A stretch of 31,799 nucleotides of DNA from Candidatus Sulfobium sp. (GTDB taxonomy: Bacteria > Nitrospirota > Thermodesulfovibrionia > Thermodesulfovibrionales > UBA6898): positions 1 through 31,799 of the forward strand of contig JARRRI010000031.1 in the NCBI GenBank assembly GCA_037380845.1, in the 5' to 3' direction. Under the pieces are notes generated by a model. The model did not search any database. It had not been told where the DNA came from and saw only the letters and a list, made by a program, of their open reading frames with translations. Shown here in pieces: positions 1 to 6,481 of this stretch; positions within the stretch are counted from its first letter, which is position 1; the number at the start of each line of letters is the position of its first letter. The position numbers and the translations under genes are program-made.

Positions 1-100
1 ATCCCTGCCTTCACCTCTCTTTTTCGCAAAAATGCAAAAGGATTTGTAGGAATGCATAGGGTAAGTGAGAAAGAAGTGTGGAAAAACAAGCAGTTAGAGA

Positions 101-116
101 TGGCATGGATTCTGCA
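101..116 (+). promoter_or_regulatory. sigma54 (-24/-12) promoter
   Basis: TGGCATGGATTCTGCA has GG-N10-GC spacing. An IHF-like AAACAAGCAGTTA lies just upstream, and an imperfect inverted repeat TTTTCGCA-AAAA-TGCAAAA (21-39) is a possible enhancer. Confidence 0.75.
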
Positions 117-153
117 ATCTGTATTTGCAACAGGACGAAAGGAGGAGAGGGAG

Positions 154-468
154 ATGAAAGAGAGATATTCAAAGAAACTTACTTACATGGGGGCTGGATG
201 CGGAGTGGTACTGTTTGCGATATTCGGACTGCTTCCGGGGTCGTTCCTGGGAGGGGTTATGGGACTCAACATAGCCGGAAGCCTGCTGGGGGTTCCGGTG
301 ACGGCGGGGATAGCCTCCAGACTGATAGTGGCCGCCTCGATGGTGGTAGGGGTGATGGTGTCGGGAATAATGTTTGTAACGGCCTTCTCCCTGATAGGCT
401 GGCTGGCAGGGACGGTGGTGGACGGCCTGAGGGCCGGGAAGAAAGAGATGGCGGCAGAACACAAATGA
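154..468 (+). CDS. small Gly-rich membrane protein, unknown function (paralog 1)
   Basis: Purine-rich RBS (GGAGGAGAGGGAG) before ATG154. Hydrophobic segments with GxxxG patterns and the motif FGLLPGSFLGG. Confidence 0.8.
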   Translation: MKERYSKKLTYMGAGCGVVLFAIFGLLPGSFLGGVMGLNIAGSLLGVPVTAGIASRLIVAASMVVGVMVSGIMFVTAFSLIGWLAGTVVDGLRAGKKEMAAEHK

Positions 469-544
469 AGCAGGAATGCAGAAGGCAGAATTAAATACAA
501 AGCAGGAAGTAAAAAACCAAAAAAAGGAAAAGGAGGAAAGGGAA

Positions 545-880
545 ATGACGGACGACAGGAAAAATACGATGAAGGCGGGGACGAAGATAGGTGCGGCACT
601 GGGGGCGATAGTATTTCTGGTATTCGGGCTGGTGCCGGGCTTCTACTTCGGCAGCTACGGGACGGTGGTACTGCTCAGCAGGCTTGCGGGGGGGCCGGTG
701 GAGGCCACGACGATAGTAAGGATGCTCACGGTGGTGGGTATAGTGCTGGGGATCTTCTGCGTGGGGGCGGTCAGCATCGTACTGGGCTCCGTGTTCGGCA
801 CGAGCCTGGGGTATGCGGTGGACGTGGTCGGCAGCCTCGGCAAGGTGAAGAAGGCCGAGGAGGTGAAAATCCGCAGCTGA
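545..880 (+). CDS. small Gly-rich membrane protein, unknown function (paralog 2)
   Basis: AGGAGG RBS before ATG545. The motif FGLVPGFYFG aligns by eye with paralog 1, with similar length and hydrophobicity. Confidence 0.8.
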   Translation: MTDDRKNTMKAGTKIGAALGAIVFLVFGLVPGFYFGSYGTVVLLSRLAGGPVEATTIVRMLTVVGIVLGIFCVGAVSIVLGSVFGTSLGYAVDVVGSLGKVKKAEEVKIRS

Positions 881-901
881 GTTTTTTGGTTACCTCCCCT
901 C

Positions 902-924
902 GGGCCCCTGCACGGCAGGGGCCC
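902..924 (+). terminator. GC-rich hairpin, likely terminator
   Basis: GGGCCCCTGC-ACG-GCAGGGGCCC is a perfect 10-bp stem followed by TATTTGTT. Confidence 0.7.
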
Positions 925-993
925 TATTTGTTGGTTCTGTCATCCCTGCTCTATTTTCGTTTGATTAAAAAAATTTAATAATTTATGAAAATT

Positions 994-1009
994 TGTGATT
1001 GAGATCACA
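994..1009 (+). promoter_or_regulatory. CRP-type binding site (class II position)
   Basis: Perfect TGTGA-N6-TCACA. A -10-like TATTGT at 1031-1036 puts the site centre at about -41.5. Confidence 0.7.
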
Positions 1010-1084
1010 TCCCTCGTCTGTGCTTTTTATTATTGTTGAATTGAGGATTGCTGAATCGAAAAATTCTTATTCCGGGGGGAAAAA

Positions 1085-1939
1085 ATGTTTACGCCGAAGA
1101 AAATTATTTTGTCGTTATCATTTGCCTTCATTTTGTTATGGACAGCATCGGCTTTCGCGTTGGTTATAGGGGGGCCCGTTCTGAATATGCCGGAGGGGGG
1201 ATGGGACGACTTCGGACTGCTTATCCGTGCGGAAAGCGATGTAACTCTGGTGTCGGTCAGGTTTCCCAATCAGGGGCTTGCAGACGTCATCGAGTTGCGA
1301 AGCTACCCGGATTCAGCCCTGCTGGACAGCATCCCGGTGCCCGCCGGGGACACAAATGCCACCGTAAATATAAACTATCCTCTTAAGTCTCAGGAACTCT
1401 ACAGTCTGGTTGCTACCACTCCCGACAACAGATATTACGGTGATGCACAGGACACGTATGCATTTCCTGCGGGGAATGCCGACATAACAGTGCTCTCCTC
1501 CTTCTGTGAGAGCCCCTATCCTTACGCCTACTGGTTTTCCTTTAACGACATAGTGACCCAGCCCTATACCCCCGAACTGGGGGCCGTCATCGACATAAAG
1601 CCCGGCAGTGATGTAAACAGGATAAACCTGAAGTCAAGAGGAGTTGTGCCTGTGGCGGTACTAACTACGGATGATTTCAATGCAACAGATATTGACCCGC
1701 AGAGTGTTATATTTGCGGGCGCCTATGCGGTCAGGTGGCAGATAGAAGATGTTGACGGCGATGGGGATGACGACATCCTTTTCCATTTCAGGACCCAGGA
1801 CCTGAATATCGACGATTTTACAACCGCGGGGTTGACCGTTTCAGTGCCGGGCAGCGCGGCGGCTGTCCTTACCGGTGGCACTTTCGAGGGAATTCCCTTC
1901 TCCGGCTCGGATTCAGTTGACATCGTGCCGAAAAGATAG
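1085..1939 (+). CDS. secreted protein with C-terminal IDIKPG...DVDGDG domain (putative Ca-binding loop)
   Basis: GGGGGA RBS; signal peptide ending ASAFA; acidic composition; DVDGDGDDD motif. Confidence 0.8.
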   Translation: MFTPKKIILSLSFAFILLWTASAFALVIGGPVLNMPEGGWDDFGLLIRAESDVTLVSVRFPNQGLADVIELRSYPDSALLDSIPVPAGDTNATVNINYPLKSQELYSLVATTPDNRYYGDAQDTYAFPAGNADITVLSSFCESPYPYAYWFSFNDIVTQPYTPELGAVIDIKPGSDVNRINLKSRGVVPVAVLTTDDFNATDIDPQSVIFAGAYAVRWQIEDVDGDGDDDILFHFRTQDLNIDDFTTAGLTVSVPGSAAAVLTGGTFEGIPFSGSDSVDIVPKR

Positions 1940-2107
1940 CTTTGTTATCCGGTCCTCGCAAGGGTGGAGGGGTGGGGCCTTAACGGCTCCCCCTTGCAGG
2001 ATATTCTGCACGGTCTGACCGGACAAGTGCACCACATAATAATTTCACTTTCCAAAAACCGTCAAAATCTGTAAATTACAATATCACTCAGGCATTATTT
2101 TTATACA

Positions 2108-2236
2108 ATGACGACGAACAAATGTAATATTGACGCCGATCCGGAACTTTTCAGGGACCTCATTAACAAATCAAACGATTCCATCTTCGCATTCCCCACC
2201 CGGAAAAGAACCGGAAAGACCACCGCATATATATGA
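2108..2236 (+). pseudogene. possible fragment of a PAS-domain protein
   Basis: Short ORF MTTNKCNIDADPELFRDLINKSNDSIF... resembles the start of a PAS domain (FRxLIxxSNDxIF), then degenerates and stops. Confidence 0.4.
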
Positions 2237-2514
2237 CTTAGCGTTTAATTTATATAAACACATGACTGTTCAGGAGTGCAAGCTTATGGCGTTCAGGAAA
2301 TCCCGCAAAATTCGGTTAGGGCTGGCGGTCAAAAAAATTCAGGTCAACAGCCTGCGATGTTTTTTCAATCGGTGCGGTGAGGGCGCCGGAAGTCATGGTG
2401 GATATGGACATCCATATTCTTGTGATTGGCGACCTCAAGGGACTGCCCGGGGATACCGGCTGGGGTAAGGTGCCTACTCCAATCTTCTGATCTGTCAGCC
2501 CTGCAAAATAACTC

Positions 2515-2543
2515 TTGACATTCCTCCGGAACCGGACTATAAA
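2515..2543 (+). promoter_or_regulatory. sigma70 promoter for candidate ncRNA
   Basis: TTGACA-17 bp-TATAAA. Confidence 0.75.
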
Positions 2544-2549
2544 TGAATT

Positions 2550-2704
2550 AAGGAGTAGCCCACGATAAGTGGTGGTATTGCTCCTCTCAAAAAGCAGCAC
2601 AAGATTTTGGATTGCGGGACAATGGTTAAGACAAGGCAGCGTCTTAACCAAAAATCTTACAGACAAAATCGCTGAATATGAGAGGAGTAAACACCACTTT
2701 TTTT
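2550..2704 (+). ncRNA. candidate structured RNA / attenuator (long rod with internal loops, ending in a U-tract)
   Basis: Nested complementary arms: AAGTGGTG/CACCACTT, TTGCTCCTCTCA/TGAGAGGAGTAA, CAGC/GCTG, AAGATTTT/AAAATCTT, TGGTTAAGAC/GTCTTAACCA. T7 tract at 2698-2704 and a consensus promoter upstream. Confidence 0.55.
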
Positions 2705-2812
2705 GTCTTGCAACCAATAATTTGTGAGGTGGAAACCTCATGGCACAAACGACAAGTTACTATCTGCCATCTGTTGCATAAGTTGGCAGCGTCCCCTATT
2801 CCGGCCCCTGTT

Positions 2813-3043
2813 TTACTTATACAATCTTAAAAATTCATCAACGGTCATGCGCGCCTTGTCTATCGCATCACTGAGCAATCCCTTTTTTATTGGCTTGCCC
2901 TTATGCACAGGGATTGACAGGATGTTTTTGTTCCCTTCCTTCGACAAGTGCACATGACTTCCCGTCCGTCTTTCAATTGTCCATCCTGCCCTTTGAAAAG
3001 CCTTGATCACCCTCTCAGGCTTAAGCCCGTGAAGGCTGCTCAT
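2813..3043 (-). CDS. hicA: HicA-family mRNA interferase toxin
   Basis: 76 aa basic protein with GW...GSH...IPVH motifs; ATGA overlap with the upstream gene. Confidence 0.9.
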   Translation of the reverse strand: MSSLHGLKPERVIKAFQRAGWTIERRTGSHVHLSKEGNKNILSIPVHKGKPIKKGLLSDAIDKARMTVDEFLRLYK

Positions 3044-3675
3044 GAAGCTTTTTTAACCCGTTTCTTTTTCTTCTGCATCACTACAATATGGCCTTTGATT
3101 GCGTCCCGGATCATTTCGAGCGCCTCTTCGACGGTTTCGCCTTGTGATGCACATCCGGGCAGAGAAGGGCATTCAATCCAGTAACCGCCGTCCTCTGTAT
3201 CCGGGTGGAGAATGACGGCGTATCTTTTGCCCTTCACAGTAACCTCGTACTTCTTTTCTTTTTGTAAGGCAACTATTTCGCCCTTGAGGTCTTCCATAAT
3301 TTCTCCCAAGGCGAGGGAAAAGACAAGCTGTCCGCTTTTCAGCGTGTCAATAATTTCCTTCCGGTCCTCAGTTAAGACAAAAATGGTTTCGCCGTCTGTT
3401 AATAACCGGAGTTCGGAAAGCGGCCTTTCTATTCCCGGCATGTTCTTCTTGAGGTAGTGTATGGCCTTTCTGACCTTCTGGAGACTGACGCCTTTATCCA
3501 TGAGAGTCTTTGCAACTTTCAACTGCACAATATCACTAAACGAGTACAGGCGGACCGAACCACGCCCTATTGCTTCACTGATCGACGGCTTAATAAAGTG
3601 TGTGCGGTCCCAATAGTCAACCTGTCTAAAGGTAAGCCCCGTAATCCGCGCTACTGTCTTACTATTAAAATTCAT
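3040..3675 (-). CDS. hicB: MerR-type HTH fused to a C-terminal HicB antitoxin domain
   Basis: N-terminal TFRQVDYWD...GRGSVRLYSFSDIVQLK (MerR-type HTH). C-terminal DGGYWIECPSLPGCASQGETVEEALEMIRDAI (HicB). RBS AAAGGGG before ATG3675. Confidence 0.85.
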   Translation of the reverse strand: MNFNSKTVARITGLTFRQVDYWDRTHFIKPSISEAIGRGSVRLYSFSDIVQLKVAKTLMDKGVSLQKVRKAIHYLKKNMPGIERPLSELRLLTDGETIFVLTEDRKEIIDTLKSGQLVFSLALGEIMEDLKGEIVALQKEKKYEVTVKGKRYAVILHPDTEDGGYWIECPSLPGCASQGETVEEALEMIRDAIKGHIVVMQKKKKRVKKAS

Positions 3676-3697
3676 ACACACCCCTTTCAGTTGTATG

Positions 3698-3746
3698 ATA
3701 ACTACGTAAATGTAATTATGATACTTTGAATAGTGGCCATTGTCAA
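3698..3746 (-). promoter_or_regulatory. sigma70 promoter with overlapping palindromic operator
   Basis: On the minus strand, TTGACA(3746-3741)-17 bp-TATCAT(3723-3718). An imperfect palindrome ATAACTACGTAAATGTAATTAT at 3698-3719 spans the predicted +1. Confidence 0.75.
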
Positions 3747-3826
3747 GAAGCGGAGTGGGGAAGTCGGCAGAGGTTTATTGAGAGGTCAAAGAGGAAATGA
3801 TAACGTAAAATATTTTTCGCGCAATT

Positions 3827-4068
3827 GAGTCATGGCGACCTTGAATCTGGTAATGTAGTTTCGCCAAAAACACTTTACCGGAGGAGGAACACCATGACTC
3901 AGGGACATTCTAACGCAAAGAGAGGCAAAATTATCCAGGTTGACGCTTCTGGACGAAGAGGCAGCTATGCTCTGCGGAGCTAAGCGATATGAAAGGACAG
4001 ATGAGCGGCAGAACACCAGGGCCGGCTATTACAGCAGGAAGCTCCACACTAAAGCAGGCGAGGTTGAT
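3827..4068 (+). mobile_element. IS256-family transposase 5' fragment (internally deleted, truncated)
   Basis: GGAGGAGG RBS + ATG3894 (MTQGHSNAKRGKIIQVD). A shifted frame then gives LLDEEAAMLCGAKRYERTDERQNTRAGYYSRKLHTKAGEV, typical of IS256/Mutator N-termini. The left boundary is approximate. Confidence 0.8.
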
Positions 4069-4081
4069 TATCAATATATTA
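4069..4081 (+). promoter_or_regulatory. IHF consensus site next to the tRNA-Sec 3' end (att-like context)
   Basis: TATCAATATATTA matches WATCAANNNNTTR. Confidence 0.45.
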
Positions 4082-4082
4082 G

Positions 4083-4180
4083 TGGCGGGAGCGTGTGGGA
4101 ATCGAACCCACCCTGCCCTCTTTTGGAAGGCAACATTGGATTTGAAGTCCAAGCGGGACACCAGAACCCGATACACTCCC
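4083..4180 (-). tRNA. selC: tRNA-Sec (anticodon UCA)
   Basis: 98 nt; 8-bp acceptor stem GGGAGTGT/ACGCTCCC; G discriminator + CCA; anticodon arm TTGGA-CTTCAAA-TCCAA; long variable arm; GGTTCGATTCC T-arm. Confidence 0.97.
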
Positions 4181-4211
4181 GTAGGCCCTCAGGGCTTGCG
4201 CAAGCCTTAAA

Positions 4212-4240
4212 ATGATACTGGATTTCGCCGGTTATCGCAA
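4212..4240 (-). promoter_or_regulatory. sigma70 promoter for selC
   Basis: TTGCGA-17 bp-TATCAT on the minus strand, about 30 nt upstream of the tRNA. Confidence 0.6.
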
Positions 4241-4270
4241 GCACTGCGATAGCCGGAAGTATGGCAGGAG

Positions 4271-4459
4271 CTATTTCTTCTCCAGCAGGATCTTGTGCCT
4301 GAGCAGGGAGACCTCCTTTATCTGCCCTTCGAAGACCTTCTGCTCGCCGAAGAGGTTCTTCAGGAAAACCTTGCCCTCTTCGGGTTTCATGATATCCACG
4401 TTTTCGAGATAGAGCTCCTCACCGCCGTCCTTGATCACATATGCATTGGCTTCACACAT
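4271..4459 (-). CDS. cooT: CooT-family nickel-binding protein
   Basis: 62 aa; begins MCEANAY, contains LFGEQK and a C-terminal LLxHKI motif. Confidence 0.85.
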   Translation of the reverse strand: MCEANAYVIKDGGEELYLENVDIMKPEEGKVFLKNLFGEQKVFEGQIKEVSLLRHKILLEKK

Positions 4460-4868
4460 TTTCAGTCTCCTTTATCTTCGCTATCATCATATCTATCATA
4501 TGGGGGAGCGGTTCCCTGTTTACCCCCACTATGTCCACGCCCTCCTGGTTGAGCGGAAGCAGTATCCTCCTGGCACCCGACGACACGACCGCAGACGCCA
4601 TTCTGGCGGTCACCTCGCCCAGCATGGCGTCGGGCAGGGCGATACTGAGGGGGCCGATTATCATGTCTACCCTCCCCGAATTCCAGACGATCGCATTCTC
4701 CCCGGTGGCGCCTTTGTTTGCCCTTGATTTCATCATCGCCGTCGTCGCCGCCGCATTCGTTCCCAGGGCGATGATCTCCACCTTCTCGCCGAACTCCTCC
4801 CGCAGCTTTTTCACGATCAGGTTGCCGATGCCGCCCCCCTGACCGTCTATTACAGCGACTTTGAACAT
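4452..4868 (-). CDS. DUF3842 family protein
   Basis: Motifs VIDGQGGGIG, ALGTNAAAT, GATGENA, MLGEVT. Start at ATG4868, apparently leaderless. Confidence 0.85.
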   Translation of the reverse strand: MFKVAVIDGQGGGIGNLIVKKLREEFGEKVEIIALGTNAAATTAMMKSRANKGATGENAIVWNSGRVDMIIGPLSIALPDAMLGEVTARMASAVVSSGARRILLPLNQEGVDIVGVNREPLPHMIDMMIAKIKETENV

Positions 4869-4874
4869 ATTTGA

Positions 4875-4903
4875 AGTATAAGAAAACGGCTGATACCTGT
4901 CAA
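4875..4903 (-). promoter_or_regulatory. sigma70 promoter giving a leaderless mRNA
   Basis: TTGACA-17 bp-TATACT-6 nt-ATG; no SD. Confidence 0.7.
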
Positions 4904-4926
4904 ACAAACCACGGAGCGGCAAAACT

Positions 4927-4955
4927 TTGACTCTTTTTCGAAGATCGGAGATAAT
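4927..4955 (+). promoter_or_regulatory. sigma70 promoter of the diguanylate cyclase
   Basis: TTGACT-17 bp-GATAAT. Confidence 0.55.
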
Positions 4956-4987
4956 AGTTTCAGCTGTCGCTACGGAAAGGGGACGAG

Positions 4988-6448
4988 ATGGTGGGGTGTA
5001 AAGACATTGCCGTACTGGCCAGAAAGGGTTCCGTACTGAGATTTCTGCACGGATTTTTCGACGGCAGCAGGGCCTACAAGGTGTGTTATGCCGCAGACCC
5101 TGCCGCCTTCCTCAAGACGTTCAGGAGAAAATCGCCCGCGGCTGTAATAGCGGAAGGCGCGATGCTGCAGAAAGTGGCCGACAAGATAGACGGGGTGCCG
5201 ACAATCGCCGTGATCCACGGCAACGTGAAAAGCGACATCGAGAAGGCCATTACCTGTCAGGCAAAGAGCTATATCCTGAAGCCTTACCTCGATATCGACC
5301 TCGAATACAAGCTGGCCTCAGCAATCGCCGACAAGGACACGATAGAAAAGATAGAAAACGAGAGAAGGGAGCTTGAGGCGATCGTCGACCTCACCCAGCT
5401 CCTACTGGCCACCCTGGACCCGAGGGAACTCCTTTACCGGATCGTTGCCAAGGTCGCCGAGATAATCCCGGTCACACGCTGTTCCATAATCAAGGCCGAC
5501 AAGAGGCACAGGGCCGCCTTCGTGGTGGCGAGCTATGAAGACCCCAACATTACCAGCATAAGACTCATGCTCAGCAAATATCCGGAAATAGATGAAGCGC
5601 TCAGGTCGGGAAAGCCCATAGTGATCAACGATGTCTCTAAAGCCCCGCTGATGAGCAAGGTGAGAAAATTCATCGAGCCCCTGGGCATAAGCTCGATATT
5701 GGTGGTGCCCATCTTACTCCGCAACAAGGTGATCGGCACCCTTTTCCTCAGGACTTCGAGATCGGGCCACACCTTCAGTCAGAACGAGATCAGGCTGCTG
5801 AATGCCCTTGCCAACGCGTCTGCCAACGTCCTTCACAACGCCTTTCTCTTCGAACAGATGGAGGGTGAGAAGGCGAGACTCGAAAAGCTGGCGATCACCG
5901 ATTACCTGACGGGGATATATAACGTCAGGTTTTTCTATCACAGGATCATCGAGGAATTCATCCGGTGCCAGCGATATAGTCTGCCGGTCAGCTGCCTCAT
6001 GATCGACATCGACTTCTTCAAGAGGATCAACGATGAATACGGCCACAAGATCGGGGACGAGGTGCTGAAAGAATTCGCCAGGCTGCTGAAAAAAGGCACA
6101 CGGAAGAGCGACGTACTCGCCCGCTATGGAGGCGAGGAGTTTATCCTGCTGCTCACCCAGACGGCCCTCGACGGCGCAATCGCCGAGGCCGAAAGAATCA
6201 GGGAATATGTCGAAGCCCAACGTTTCAGGGGCCTGAAAAGGAAGGGGGGGCTTACGGTGAGCGTAGGCATAGCCGTCTATCCTCATCCGCAAGTCAGGAC
6301 GCACGACGACCTCATATCGTGTGCGGACAAGGCCCTCTTCATCGCCAAGCACATGGGCAGGAACCGTGTGGCCGTATATCAGGAAGAAAAGCAGCCGCCG
6401 CGGAAAGGCAGGCGGAAAAGGCCTTCCGGCCCGCAAGACAAGGCGTAG
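4988..6448 (+). CDS. diguanylate cyclase (degenerate REC + GAF + GGDEF)
   Basis: YILKPY (REC end); GAF (SILVVPILLRNKVIGTL); TDYLTG, DIDFFKRIND, RKSD I-site and RYGGEEF active site. Confidence 0.92.
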   Translation: MVGCKDIAVLARKGSVLRFLHGFFDGSRAYKVCYAADPAAFLKTFRRKSPAAVIAEGAMLQKVADKIDGVPTIAVIHGNVKSDIEKAITCQAKSYILKPYLDIDLEYKLASAIADKDTIEKIENERRELEAIVDLTQLLLATLDPRELLYRIVAKVAEIIPVTRCSIIKADKRHRAAFVVASYEDPNITSIRLMLSKYPEIDEALRSGKPIVINDVSKAPLMSKVRKFIEPLGISSILVVPILLRNKVIGTLFLRTSRSGHTFSQNEIRLLNALANASANVLHNAFLFEQMEGEKARLEKLAITDYLTGIYNVRFFYHRIIEEFIRCQRYSLPVSCLMIDIDFFKRINDEYGHKIGDEVLKEFARLLKKGTRKSDVLARYGGEEFILLLTQTALDGAIAEAERIREYVEAQRFRGLKRKGGLTVSVGIAVYPHPQVRTHDDLISCADKALFIAKHMGRNRVAVYQEEKQPPRKGRRKRPSGPQDKA

Positions 6449-6481
6449 TGTTCCCGCCCCGAGGGGTCATTTACCTATAAA

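Noticed and set aside
2380..2470. HDFRR peptide on the minus strand suggesting a tyrosine integrase remnant
   Set aside because: Only a 5-residue match; no other catalytic motifs and no ORF context.
2550..2600. AAGGAGTAGC resembling the yybP-ykoY riboswitch 5' end
   Set aside because: The other conserved elements (CGUCA loop, GCAAGACC 3' strand) are not visible.
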